From Bugula neritina (lineage: Eukaryota; Animalia; Bryozoa): a stretch of DNA of 64,000 nucleotides. The notes under the pieces are model-generated. The model made no database searches, was not told the origin of the DNA, and saw only the letters and a program-made list of their open reading frames with translations. Position 1 is the first letter of the stretch. Each line of letters begins with the position of its first letter. The DNA is taken from positions 32,859,504 to 32,923,503 of the forward strand of contig OZ037765.1 of NCBI GenBank assembly GCA_964035545.1. Direction: 5' to 3'. Shown in pieces: positions 11,972-26,800 of the stretch. A program made the position numbers and the translations under genes.

Positions 11972-13816
11972 TTAGCGTTTAGAGAATCTGTGTAGACATG
12001 TTAGTCAAACTGTTCAGTGGAAATGCTGTACTTTATAGCAGACTGACTGTATTTATCATCATTGTCAGGTGTTAATATAAAATATAATACACTACATTAA
12101 ATTGTATACCTCAAAATATATTCAGTTCCTAAATATTCTCTTCTATTAGTAATTTTCTTGGAGTTGTCTGTGTAGTTTGAATATTTTAACAAACTGATTA
12201 ACTATGGCTTCCCTGTATCACCTATAAGCCTACGTGACAGATCCGTAATTATTTTTATTAAACACAACAATATAATTAACATTCCCCATTGTTTTGTATA
12301 ATTATAGGTAGTATACACAGTGTAGATTACATTGAGCTGGTTACTGCAGATACTGAAATTTGATTTTCTTTTACTTCAAAATTAGATGGAATTACATTAT
12401 AGCTATCACTGCAGGGTAGGAATTTAATAGCAGTCTTAGTATTTAAATTATATATGTCATGGGTCAATTTCTAACTGTAATTCTTACTCACTGAAGTATG
12501 CAGAATGAGTTTTAAGATATTTTGAAAAAGGAGCTGTGCATACTTGTGAGTGAAAAAGTCATTTTGGTGTGACTTCGTAACTTTTAGCACATAAAATTAT
12601 TGATTTTAAAAACATTTAGCATGATTGAAATACGCAGAATTCATGTTGACCTGCCATCACCAGTGTCAATGTAACAGTTCTTCATTACATTAATACTATT
12701 TTATGTTTATAAAATCTATATTTATTCAGTCCTTATATACTTATAATTTCTTCTGTCCTTTTGTCTTATGGAATAGAATATAAAGCTGGGAGAATAGAAA
12801 GTGTATATAGTTGATATTACTCTACTGTGTTGCTAAGGAAGTAGTGAAATTAGAAATTGACTAGTGAGAAGTCAGTAACCTACCAACTGCTAGTCAAATT
12901 ATTGATAAAATAAATATTTACTAGCTGGTGAATTCTAAGGTCCTGCTTTAGATCTTTAAGATCTTTTACCTCAATAAACATTGCAGAGTATTTGAACAGT
13001 ATTTTTATAAATAATGTGATTATTAATTAGTTTTATAATCTGGTCCACTTAACCCTGTCTATTTATAGTAATCATAAATCTAGCCTCAGTTAACATTTCA
13101 CCCATATATAACATGTATAATTATACACTGTAACTTCTGATCATATATATATATACATGTTTAATTTTATTTTAAAAAGATTGCTTGCTATGGTAACACA
13201 AAGGCATAATATAATAAACCACAATTATATTACCTATAATAAATCCACTCTTTGCCAAATTCTTTTTGTGATTTCTTCATAATCTATCAGTGCATTAGTG
13301 CATTAAATTCCTAAACACACTTCCAAAATTTATATTCAATTTTATTATGTATGTAAATAAGCATATTATTTCATAAGAAATGAACCAGCAAAAGCCATAA
13401 TGACATAAAAAAATTCAATGGTCATATCTATGAGTAACATTACGTAATAAGACTAAAACTAAACAGGGAAGAAAATATCATGTGGTTAGTTGAATCAATA
13501 TCACAGATACAGGAGAATTTAGTGAATAAACAATAATGGACTGTGAAATAAAACAAATATAAAAAGTAAGTAAATTAATTTAAATGCATAAAAATAAATT
13601 TTATTATATTATATTATATTAAAAGTAGTACTTATATATATTGAAGACAAATCTTGCATAAGAAAATAAACTGCATTTATAAATGGCTACAAAATTTTAT
13701 TAATTATAAATATCAATAATATCACAAATATTTAGAAGAATGTATCACTAATAAGACACAAAGTAATGTTGGGGGGGGGGGCTCTAAGATGCACACCTCT
13801 GGTTTAGGTTTTCAGT

Positions 13817-16043
13817 TTAACTATGAATAATGGTTAATTCACTTACAGCTTTCTGTTTCTTTTTCTTTCTGAAGCTGAGATAAGACAAAATGCCTCTTTT
13901 ACCAGAAACACTCTTTTTATCTCTGTTTCCATTTCTGGTTGATCCAAACGCCCAAACTTCTACCTTCCAGCTGTTGTTCTCATGACACTTTCTAATGACC
14001 AAGTCAAATATATGTTTACACTGAGCATTACTGGAGAGGTCTATGAATAGATGTTGACAAGTGTTTTCACTAGAAATACCAGGTGGTAGTTGGTACTTTG
14101 TAAAGTTCTCTTCTACTCCCCGCAAGTTTCCTATTACTATTACAGGTACTCCGTCACACTCTAGTAAAATAAACAAAAACTGAAATAGTACATAACAATA
14201 ACAATATTAGTAACAGTAATAATAATAAATAACACAAAAAAATGATAAGTTAAACTGCACTGTGTTATGCGATGGAGTATACTATATCACTCTTTAAAGG
14301 ATTGCTCTATCTTAGTTTATTACAATCACATTATAATTATGAACTATAATCTAATGTGTATGCAAACAATTGTGACTTTGCAAAGGGATATGTGCCTAGA
14401 AAACAGCTTTTCAAAATTCCAATTTTGAGGGAGGTAAAATTTTCAGCCATGAAAAAGAATAGCCTAATACGTGACGTGTGAACGCCAGTAACTATGCTGC
14501 ACGTGCTAACTATAACGCTAGTATTCAAGGTTGCTGAGCGCAACATCAACCAATAACGCTCAAGCAGTTACAGTGCGCTATATAGGTCAGCTTTGGTGCG
14601 CCCGTAATATTGCGCAATCTGACCTAGTTTAGATCGATCGCAGGCATTCATCCTAAAGAATGCATGTTTTTGCAATGCTTTTTTCTATGTTTACAAGCAA
14701 AATAATGCCTAATGTTATCACATACATGTTATTTAACATGTCAAAAAACTATAGATTGAGATAATTCACATTTGCACTTCTATAAATATACAAATTACGA
14801 GCTGAAAGATCACATCTCACAGTCATATTTCTATAGTTATTCATTTGTATAGTCACGTGACCAGCAGGAATGCTGGCGCTGTTACGTCACATTTCCCAGC
14901 TCATTTCAAAATCGGCGTTTTGGCTGTTACCAATCTACACCCTCAACTTCAACTAACTTTTTCTACCTTTGGTCAAATGCTTTTTGTCAATGCATGCTTA
15001 GAAAAACACAATATTATGTGTGTTTGACCTAAATGGCTATTTATTAGACAAGATAGAGCAATCCTTTAACTATGGCTATGCGAAATATATGTTACCTCCA
15101 CTAATTTGGACAACCTTAGCACAAAGTATTGTTACCATGATACTTGATATCCATAGAACAGCATTGTTTGCTAACTGCTATAAAAACTAGAGTCAAACTT
15201 AGATAAGAGTAATAAATAAATAAAATATAATAATATGTTTACAATTATTGAAATTTGGACATAATTTCATTTCCACTAATATACAATTATATAATATTAG
15301 TATATATATCACATGATCCCCTGGTAATATGAGTTTATATAAGTCATCAGTTCTATATATGTCATATCATCACTAATTCTGACTACATGGGCTATGCTAT
15401 AATCTCAATGCTGACTATTTTTATCTCATGTTATTTTTACACTCTGCCCTAATTATACTAAGAGAAAATATTGATCTTCTAATCAGAGATAAATTATCAA
15501 ATAATATCATGACAAAATCTCTGGTAGTTTCAGCAATATGTGGCTTTAAACACTTTTGTTGGATCTGTTGCATGTAAGTTAAATGTAAGTTGCTATACAG
15601 AACGGATATAAAAGATGTATATCTTTCCTATAATGACTTACAGTAACTTACATCAAACATGTTAATCACTGCTGAATATTTTTCACAGTCATACTTGGTC
15701 TAATATTTTCATTGATTATTATTTTGACATTTCATAAAAAACCAATGAAAAACCTTCCAATCAAATGGTGGCCACGCAATGATGATTCCATTAGCTTGAG
15801 AAAAAGTTTAACTAGATTTTCATGTAAGAAGGAAGGGGGTCAACACGTACCTCTCATCTGCTGGACTTGTTTCATGAGGCTACTAGCTTTGACTATACTG
15901 CTAGCATTGCTCACATTGTACACAATAATGATGGCAGTTGCTGAACGAATCCTCAACTCCTTCATAGCCGGGAAGTCCATGGCACCCGCTGTATCCACCA
16001 GGTTGACAGTTTTATATTTACCATCTGCAACATACAACCAGTG
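13817..16043 (-). CDS. Divergent Ras-family small GTPase (DiRas/Rasd-like), two exons visible: 16043-15851 and 14160-13817; P-loop exon not found
   Basis: [33 protein letters not shown] (G3 plus FPAM motif typical of DiRas/Rasd); phase-1 GT-AG intron; VPVIVIGN then LRG instead of NKxD; polybasic C-terminus RKKKKQK. Confidence 0.6.
14298..15065. mobile_element. Non-autonomous DNA transposon with TTAA TSD (Kolobok-like termini) in the Ras-like intron
   Basis: TIR aggattgctctatctt / aagatagagcaatcct, TTAA on both sides (14294-14297, 15066-15069); AG terminus rather than the piggyBac CCY. Confidence 0.8.
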
Positions 16044-16148
16044 CTTATAATATACATGACAATATAGCTATGATATATACAGCAATATACGTTTAATATG
16101 TATGACAGTGTAACTATAGCATGTGACAATATATCTATAACATATATG

Positions 16149-16368
<220 letters not shown>

Positions 16369-18304
16369 TCATTAACTGGAGAACTCACTGCACACTGCCA
16401 ACAGTAAACTCTTGTTACACAGAATTATAAGAGTTTATTTGGTAAACAAAAACAATATGCAGACTGAATGATGATTCACATTTCACATGTCTAGGAATAA
16501 TTAGGTCAGGTTTGGCAACTTTTAGGAAGCACTGAGGCATGTCGTTGTAAGGAAGACCACGTCTTTGCGGATTTTTACAGAAAATATAATATAATTCACA
16601 GTATATTATCTAGTCTATTACACTGCAATAAAATAATTACAAATATAGTGTCGCTATAGCATTGGGTGTGTATCTATTTACAGGCAACATTAATTGTAAA
16701 TCATAATTATATATATTACATAATATAATTTATTATAATATAATAATATTATATAGTTTAAAGTCCAAGATATTTTCATCCTCTCAGAATCTGTTTAAAA
16801 GGAAAATGTAAAGGTTTGAAAATTATCAGTTAGTAAATGTTCTCTTTCCCAAATAATAACCCAAGTGTTAATAGCTGTTTCTCTATACACAATTCAACTC
16901 TCTCTCTTTCCTACCTCCAGATAGCAAGTGTGAGCTGCTCTGTTTTCTCCCACGACTCATTTCTAAATTTGGCATGAATCCAGGACTTGCCTTTCTAGAC
17001 TGGTACGGCAGATGTCTGGCTGTGAAGACTCATGACCCTAATATTACATTCAAACAAGTGAGTGGGTGACCAGGCGTGCCCCAAATTAATAACTCAAGAT
17101 ACACATAAACTAAGCTAACATAGCATTTGTTTGTAGATGGAACAACACTGCATAAAATTCATTTCTCTATAAATTCTTGGAGTTGCTTCCTTTGTAATTG
17201 CTACTAAATATCAGTGTTGACTTCCATAAAATATATTGCTGCTACAAGAAAGTCTCAAAACACGATAATCCAATATTCAGTCTCTTGACTAAACAAATTT
17301 TGAGGATTTGCTTGTCTCACATTTCTAGTCCAAAGGTGAAGGTGATTGAATCAGTGTAAGCTCATAACACACATAATATAATAATATTTATATTCAAAAT
17401 ACTAACTCTGTACTATTCCATGTCATGTGTAGATTATTAACTTATACAACTTTTACCACTTTGTCATGTAAGTTAGACATTTAATGTAATATAAGTGCTC
17501 TATTTCATTGCACTGGCTTATATCTCTCTTTCCATGATACCACTATAGGTAAGGATGCCCATTTCAGTCTCTTAAATATTTTCACTCAACAAAGCAAAAT
17601 GCTGATCATTCTAACTATAACTCAGTACAAGAAACTAACTATACTTTAGTACGTAAGACAAGCTATTGGGCAATTTTTTCATTTATGAACTAGAACTATT
17701 ACTGCTTGCATCATTACACTCACTATGAATACTAACATGTTTATCAGTTGCTAGTGTAAACATGGGTGCACCATAAACTCTGATAAGGTAACTAACTATA
17801 TATATGGTGTGATGTTTTACCTGTATATATCATAATATTAAATATGCTCTTTCAATGCCATGCAACCACCGTAATCTGGATTTCATATACAAAATCGTTT
17901 CTATATATATATATGCATCATTATATAAAACAGTGCTGTCCAGTGAGGTGTATGCAGTAATAAACTACCTAGTAATATCTTAACTATCAGCAAGATACAG
18001 TTCTTGGCTATCTGCCATATAAAGCAAAACCTAAAGTTTTACTTAACATATTTGAAGATGTAATTCCTGGCCCATCACTGTATAGTTTCATTTATATTCA
18101 CTTAAATCTGCTACTTTGTTATGACGCAACTGAGTAAAGTGGGTGCAACTCCCACGGGGATAGCAGAGAATTCCCTGAGCAGTATTTACTGGTTCATTAA
18201 AATAGAGTTTCAGATTTTCAGTGAATTTAGACAATACAGCAAACTAAGGATGTATCTCACTTATATGTACCTTTGATCTAACACAAACTGTGACACAGAA
18301 TTTG

Positions 18305-18762
18305 TATGGTAGGAGATGTCATGGTAGGAGATGTCATGGTATAGGAGATGTCATGGTAGGAGATGTCATGGTAAGATATGTCATGGTAAGAGATGTCATG
18401 GTAAGAGATGTCAAGGTAGGAGATCTCATGGTAAGAGATGTCATGGTAAGAGATGTCATGGTGGGAGATGTCATGGTAAGAGATGTCATGGTAAGAGATC
18501 TCATGGTAAGAGATGTCATGGTAAGAGATGTCATGGTAAGATATGTCATGGTAAGATATGTCATGGTAGGAGATGTCATGGTAGGAGATGCCATGGTAGG
18601 AGATGTCATGGTAAGATATGTCATGGTAAGAGATGTCATGGTTGGAGATGTCATGGTAGGAGATGTCATGGTAGGAGATGTCATGGTGAAAGATGTCATG
18701 GTAAGAGATGTCATGGTGACAGATGTCATGGTAAGAGATGTCATGGTGAAAGATGTTATGGT
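18305..18762. repeat. 15-bp minisatellite (gtcatggtaagagat), ~30 copies
   Basis: Direct tandem periodicity. Confidence 0.95.
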
Positions 18763-19373
18763 GTTATACACATATAGCAGCTGCAAATATTCTCATGTAT
18801 AAACTAGAATTATCACTGCTTGTATATTTACATTTCTACGCCCCTCTATGAATAGTAACATCTCTATCAGTTGCTAGTGTAAACATGGGTGGACCCTAAA
18901 CTCTGATAAGGTAACTATATGGTGTGATGTTTTACCTGCATGTACCATCAATTTTTGTTCATTTTACAGTTAGCTATGATGGGACATACTTCAACTATAC
19001 CTGCTTCAATACACAGAGTGACACATGTGACACTTATTAGCAGGTGAGTGAATACGGCAGTTCTTACCTGCAGTAACTGTCATAATACTGACTGCATGGG
19101 TATAATATCAGCATCTTATAGGAATTATTTATCAAGTAGAGAAAATGCTGTTTGATTGCTTCAGGGAGTTTTGTTAAAGAAATTTCAGATTAAAAGTTGC
19201 ATAATATAGTTTAGGAGGTGAAAAGAGGTTTCTTTCAAATTCTATGCAGGAAAATAAATTGAGATGTGATGTTCAAGTCACATGACTTGACATAAAACTC
19301 AACTGCGGTAGTTGTTAGTAAAGCAGTGAGTAGCTCAGGAATGAAGTTAGGCTGTGAAATGCAGTTACGCTGA

Positions 19374-19374
<1 letters not shown>

Positions 19375-19470
<96 letters not shown>

Positions 19471-19480
19471 TATATATATA
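19375..19480. repeat. (TA)n microsatellite
   Basis: Direct observation. Confidence 0.98.
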
Positions 19481-21080
19481 CTCGTCCAACAAGACCAATT
19501 TCTGGTCGAGGATCAGTAGACTTATATTCTGAAAGGAATAAATCCAGAGTAATTAAGGAGACAAGCTTGCGGTGTAGAATCAGTCTCAGGCTTGAGCTCG
19601 CCAGTTAAAACCCTACCTCGGATGCTTCTACTTACAATAAATATTCTTAGATATACCTTAAAAGACTCTCTCTGCTGCTCTATTAAACACAGGCAGTTAT
19701 ATTCTTCACTTGTTTATTTCTCTTACTTCGAAGTCAAAATTATTTAAGGTCAAGGTTGCAGATATAAATAATCAATGCAAGTACTTTCAATGCACATTAT
19801 AATTCTCTCAATATTAGCCTGTCATAAATCGGGCTACTTCTACACTCTATACTTCAATGAATTATATAATTATCTAAAATGTCTATAGATGCATATTTTA
19901 GTCAGTTTAAAAACTTGTAATATGGCAGTGGATATATACTGGTGTTGAGCCATTGCACAATTTTGCTCTGCTTTTATTATGCATAGATCTTTGCTTTCTG
20001 TTAATTTTTATATTGCTATTATAAATAATATATAGAGCTATATACACTCTGAAAATGTATAAAATTACAAGTTCGTTTAACTTGTTTCAGCTCTCTTGTT
20101 TGTCTTTGATTAAAAGAACAAAATCACATCAGCATTCTTTCGGGATTGTTTGGTTATTAGTTTCTACAGTGTTTTTTGAAATTTATACTATATTGTTTGT
20201 CTTAGCAACTATAATTAAATGCAATTCCTCTTTATTTTTCCTCTGCTGTAAATAGTAACTTGCATGCTTCAGTTTAAAGTTTATAACTCTGTCCAAATAG
20301 CTTTCTCATTTTACTGAAACAAACATATGTGAGTTGTCTATAATCAGGCCATTGTTTATGAGACAAAGTTTATTTTTTTATCCTCAGCTGGAGTGGTTAT
20401 ATAGCTGTCAATTGCTGCAGATATTTTGAAGCTGTTGAATCGCTGGAATTTCCATTGACAAATTTACTATAATTACATCTGATAGGACTAGAAAACTTTT
20501 CTCTATAGTCTTCTTATAGTTTTGTCAGGTGTAAAGTTTCTAATATTTGATTACTTCTTGTTAATTTCTCAACCCTTAGTACTTGTTCTATTAGGTTTAT
20601 GTTTTTGAGTTTATAAAGGTGTGCATGAGGGTGCTGGAAAATGTTTCGATCAGCGCTTTTAGTTTAAACCAGTTCATTCTGTAGTTCCTAATCTTAATGC
20701 TTTGAAGAGGAAGGCATATTTTATGAATGATCGAGTTGCTCAGTTTTTCTTTTATCTTGTTTTTGTTCTGTAACTGTACTGCAACATCTATATGATTTTT
20801 CATATGTTTTCTGGATGATGATGAAATATTTTTTCATAGCACTTTTATCTGTTGGTATTACAACTATAGTTTACAGACACTGCAATGTCTTATACAATGT
20901 AAATTTTGTGTTTACAGTATGTTGTATTATAATATACGTACTAAAAATATTCTCTTTTGTATATTTCTAGAATACAGTAAATGTTGAAAAGTGCACCCGC
21001 ACTGGTAACGGATAGCAGAAGCGAAGTTGAAGGTCTGACATGATTGGCTAATGATTTCTTCACCCGTTAAAAAAAACATC

Positions 21081-23545
21081 ATGTCTTTAAGTAAGTAGCA
21101 TATTGGTCTTTTAAATACATTATAAAACTCCTTCTTCTTTGCAAAGTAAAATTTCTTTCATTTTGATTAGTTTGTGAAAGTGACAACATATGAAAAGCAC
21201 AAACCAGGTTTCACATTTTGTGCCAAATAATTGAAGTAAACATTGTTATAATGCATTCGTAGCATAGATTTTTACAAATTCAGTTTTTGCACAGATATTT
21301 AATTAAATTAGAAGACATTATATATACAGTATATCATTAAAAAATTCAGCACATGAAAAATATTCTCTAAACTCTGATGCCTCATTAATATATGTTATAT
21401 AAAGATTTTGCAAGTTTCATGAAGGGAAAAATTCATGCTTCAGGGAAATATTGCGCACTTGCATCTATATTTTAAATTTACAAATTTTGAAACTATTTTA
21501 TAGTTTTTAATTTAGAGGTGTGAGAGTAGCAGTTCAACATAACATGTCTGTAAAGACATGCTGGTAGAGCTGTACATATAGCATTGCCTGCTGTTGCTGC
21601 ATAAAACGATCTTTTTGGTTCATAAAATGAATGAGTTGGGTTTCAGCAGTTGGGCAGTGTTGACGCACCAAAGTTTGTATAATATAAAATATACTCTAAC
21701 CACTTTTGTCATAACATCAGCTGTTGCTTCAGGTTGAATATTGTCTTGTAAGTTTTGACTTTTACACACACCTGTCGATGAAAATATCTACAACTATGCA
21801 TTGTTAACAGGTAATTGATAATTGGATATCAATTAAACCATCATAGCCCATTTATTGAACACCTAACTTAAAGTTATTTGAAAATATAAATTTATATATT
21901 AAATAAATAAAAACTATTAAATCTATATAGAGGTGTATACTCTAACACAATTAATTTGCTGGGATGTAAGTTACCTAATTCCAATTTTTCGGAAACTTGA
22001 ATATTGACTTCACCGTTTTAGATACATTTTAACCAATTTTCGCCGTAGCTAAGCCATATAAGGGTGCTTATCAGAAAGGTTATAAGGCTAACGCTGTCGT
22101 AATCATAAGCCAATGACATCAAGTTAACACATTTGCTGGTAATATTAACTACATGTATAGTGCGTGAACTTGTTACAACTTAATCTCTACTGCTACAGAT
22201 GATACCTAAACCGTTTTTAGGGAATTACATCTAATGTATATATAAGGTTTAAAATTTTTTGTGGCATTTTCACGAATGCAGGCATTTACAATTTTTTTAT
22301 CTAATAATTTTAGCAAAAGATATAAAAAGTGGAATTCCTATATCTACCTTAATTATCAGTCGAAGCTCAAAGTTAGCAAAGCATGCCTTAGCTGTTCAGC
22401 TTGTTAGAAGCACCGGATATAACGTGACAAGTTTATTAGACAACATACTGGCAGCTTTCCCTACTGGTACTGGCAAAAACATTCTCGCTGAAATAAACAT
22501 TATTTGTAAAATTTTGTTAAAACTTTCAACCACAAAGCAAGATGCTCAACCTATTTTACCAACAATAGCTTGGGATCAGGAGCATAATGTCTTCACTGGA
22601 GTTCCAACGGGGTCCAGAGTTAGCCTGACAGATTTCTCACGAGATGAGCTCAACTCTGTCTGCTCAGGAATCTTGTCATTTGAAGATGTCATACTTCAAG
22701 CTCTACCTAATGTAGAAACACAAACACTGCTAGAACAATCTGGAACAAAACTGAGATCCAGTGAACCTACTGAGCAGAGAAAAGCAATAGAAGATTTAGT
22801 AGCTGGTTTTGTCAGAGAAATTTTAGAAAAATCAGAACTCCTCTTTGCAGAAATGGTGGAACTCCTAAACAGATATGGTTTGTCAGAGTCGGATAAAAAT
22901 AAATTGGAAAGTATCTGTCAAATGGAAAGCAATCTAAAGACAGGTACAGATCTTTTCCCTGGCGAACAAAAAAGACAAGAATTGGTGACAAGCTACAAAA
23001 TGTGTGTAGAAGTCTTGGTTAAAGAGCTGAGATGTCTCACATTTGCAGAACAAATCAAGGTAATTATTATAGATATACCTATTTCGATATGGATAAAAAG
23101 TGAAAAAAACAACACTATTAAAAAATTGAGTTAATAGCGCTTACTTTATGCACACAAGTAATAATTTAAAGCATGGTTTATTTTAAGATTATATCATACT
23201 AAATAAATGTTACACTTGACTTAATAATGACCCACTATAACTTGGCAGTTTTACTATGACTATAATATGCTCCTAACTATATTATCTTCTGTTTCAGATT
23301 ACTGATGACTACTTACAGCTGAACCCAACTGCTAATGAGCTCAAAATCATCATTTCACAATATGACAGGTACATAACAACATCACAACATAATACATAAA
23401 GAATATTATGATAGTCTAGTAAGGCAAGTTTTAGCAAGTGTATATTAATTTCTTTACAATGATTCATTTTGGCTGTTTGCAGACTGATCGAAAAAAACAA
23501 GTGTCACGATGAAGAGGGTAGAAAAAGGATAAATCTTCTAGCCAG
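21081..23545 (+). CDS. Coding exons of an uncharacterised helical protein region, probably the 5' part of gene 2: 21081-21090, 22314-23059, 23298-23368, 23483-23545
   Basis: aacatcATG TCT TTA A|gtaagt splices in phase 1 to tttag|CA AAA GAT; 746-bp open exon; later exons GT-AG and phase-compatible (0,2,2); no family recognised. Confidence 0.7.
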
Positions 23546-23814
23546 GTATTTTTTATTTGAGAACAAGACTTACTATATTTGTTGAATACAAGTCATTGTC
23601 TATCAGACAGCCATTTGTTGGTAAAATTCCAGATATGCTTATTAAGTAACTGAATCATTTTATCTGACAAATTTTTAAAAGCTACTTCAATTTTGTTAGC
23701 TGGTATACAAACGGCGTTGGTCCACCGAGTGAAGTGTCCATGAGTAACAGTATATAGGTATTTCTTTTGGTGAATAACCGCATAGGTCCAACTAGGTCCA
23801 CCACCACTATGTGC

Positions 23815-26800
23815 CATGACTGACCGGCGTACAGCTGGTGCCGACTCAAGGTCTCCGTAGGGCGGCCATGTTTACTAGCCTGGCAGACCTCGCACAGCCG
23901 TATTCACAGTCTTACGTCCCGAGTCAGTCCAGGCCAGTACCACTGCAGCCGTAGACATCTGATGACCCGACGAACCCCAGCATGGGCTTGTTTGTGGGTG
24001 TCCCTGATCAGGTCCCGTCGGAGGGCACACGGGCATACAACAAACTCCCTCTCCTAACGACGGTTGTCTGCTGCGAGTGATATGGTGAGTAGACCATCTT
24101 CGCTGACCTTGAGGGAATCTCAGCTGCTACAGAGGTGTCGGTGCTCGACGTCCCCCTGCTGCTGCTGCTCCTTGGTAGGTCGGCGGCCGTCCCTCTTGGC
24201 CCGGAATATGTCTGCTCTTGTTTCTGCCTGCGTCTGCTAGAGCTGGCTCAGCTCCTTGACGCTTTGATACTTTGTGGGGTTGGCTTGTAGAGCGTTGACG
24301 ATGTCCGGTAGGTGTTCTGACCGAAGGCGGCCGTGTTGCCAACTGTAGACATCGTCGTGTCCTGGCTGCTTCTTCTCGTCAAAGCGGGCTGGTCCTCTGT
24401 CCCGTCTCTTGATGTGTAACCACTGTTTGCAGTTTTGCTCCAACTGACGGCTCATCCCATCGACGTTTCCATGCTTCTTCCCAGCACAATGTTCTATCCT
24501 ATAGGAGAACTCAGCAAAAATCTCCAGCTAACTAGCCCCCTAGCTCAAAGGCTCTGTACAGTTATACAGCCATATCAGAGATGCATGGTCCATTCATAAC
24601 CTGAACATTCTCCCATACAGGTATGGCCAGAAGTGCTTGACCGCCTTGACTACTGCCAGGAGCTGCTTCTTGGTAGTGCAGTAGTTCTTCTTGGCAGTCG
24701 AGAGAGTCTTGCTGTAGAAGGCCACTACCACCTGAGTCTCACCCTGGACTTGTGACATAGCAACTCTCACATTGTGGTCACTGGCGTCGATGTCCAGGAT
24801 GTACTCTTTGGCTGAGTCGGAGTATGCCAGGATAGGCGCCTCTATCAGCCGACTCTTGAGGTGGTCAAACGCCTGCTGCTCCTTCTGTGTCTAATGCCAC
24901 TGGACTCCCTTGGCGGTTAGACGATTCAACAGCTGTGCCACCCTTGCAAACCCGGGAATATACTGCCTGTAATACCTCACCAGGCCCAGGAATGCTCGCA
25001 ACTCAGAGAGATCTTGGGGGACATTCTACTCTTCCACAACCTGCACCTTCTCTAGGTTGGTAGCAACCTCGTTACGGTAAACTACATGACCCAGGTACTT
25101 GACCTCTGGCTGTAAGAGTGCACACTTGGAGGACTTCAGGTTCAGCCCGGCAGTCCAAAGACAATTAACGAGCTCCCACAGACGACTGACATGAGTCACA
25201 AAGTCTGGGGAGATACATATGACATCACCTGAATAGATGAGCAGGATCTTCCTGTGCAATCCACTGAGGACCTGCTCTATGAGTCGTTGGAAGGTTGTCA
25301 GGGCAGTTGTTAGTCTGAATGGCAGTCAGTACGTTCCATTTCCAGAGCCCGGCGCGAGTGATAAATGCTGCCTTGTCCTGTGCATCAGGACTGAGGGACA
25401 CTTGCTAGTACCCACTCAGCATACTAAAAGTACTAAAGTACTTGCTTCCCATGAGGGCAGCTAGAGACTCATCTATCCGAGGAAGGGGCTAAGCATCCTG
25501 GGTGGAGTCACTGTTGAGTTTGCTGTAGTTTACGCAGAACCTCCAGCTACCATTTTTCTTCTTGACCAGAACTACTGGAGAACTCCACGCACCGTGGGCA
25601 GGCTCAATCAAGTCCACATTAAAAAATCCTGCACTTGTCTGCTTACTTCCTTCTTCTCCATTCCCAGTCGTCAAGTCGGCTGCCTGATGGGAGTGGTCCC
25701 AGCTGCCAAGGGTATCTCTTTACACACTGCCTTGGTCAGCTTCATACCCTCATCTCCATAGCTGAAGACATCACTGTAATCCAGGAGTAGTCAAGCCAGC
25801 TCCTGGAATTCGGCACTGCCATTACAGTCCCCGCAGGCTTCATCATACAGGTCAGCCACATACTCCGGTACCGTTGCCCGACTGGCCCAAGGGGGAATTC
25901 TTTGGGTGTCGGCTACTGTCTCCAGTGCCAGCCACAGATCCGCTTTAGGGATAGAGTGGTATTTCCCCATCAGGGCGCCAGCCGGTAGTTTGATCTGCTC
26001 AGACAAAGGGTTGATGCATTGTACAAGAGGTTTTCCCTGGCAGTCTAGCCGATTCAAACTGTTTGCCAATTGAATTTTCCCTGGCATCTTCTCCACCAGT
26101 CGCAGTGTGGCTATCTTCTTGCAGCTAGCTTTGCAGCACAGGGTAGCCTGGGATCTTCCGGATACCATGCAGTCCTGCACTACTTGGACTCCGCCCACCA
26201 AGGGCCTGCCAAACTTTTCAATGCAGACAAGTTCCTTTCTAGACATCACCAACTCCGGATTCTGGAAATTCATGCGACACTGGTGTTTCTTCAGAAACGG
26301 CTTGCCCAGAATAGCGTCCTCCTTCAGGTGACTGACTATGTCGAACAATATAGTTAACTCCGAGGAGGTTGGTGCAGGTTTAGCAACGGCGACTACTTGG
26401 GCCTCTTCCTTAGGTGTGTCCTCCACTTGACTCGCCGTAAAGTCTGCTCCATGGGAGGTGTCTACTCAATAGTAGGACCATCCCAACTCTAGAGCCTCTT
26501 CTATAGTAAAGTTCATGGCAACCAGGTAGTACTTCTGGAGTCCCTCATTGCTCACTGTCCTGAAGAAAGCCCCATAGACCAGCTCTCGCTGTGCCTCTGG
26601 ATCGGTTCAGCTGTATGCTATTAATGCCAGTTTTTCTATGGCCTTTGCATGGTCCTGTAGAGAGGTCCTTCTGTCTCTCCTCATGCTCTGTAGCTTGTCC
26701 CTAGCATCTCTGGTGGTCATATCAAATCGTGCTCAGAGCGCCTGAAAGATGTGGTAGATATCATCCCCGAGCGCATAGCTCTTAGCTTTTCCAGTCAGGC

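Noticed and set aside
18290-18802. Three overlapping repeat ORFs (RCHG, VMVRD, MTSLT), superficially metal-binding or mucin-like
   Set aside because: All are frames of one 15-bp minisatellite; no splice context supports coding
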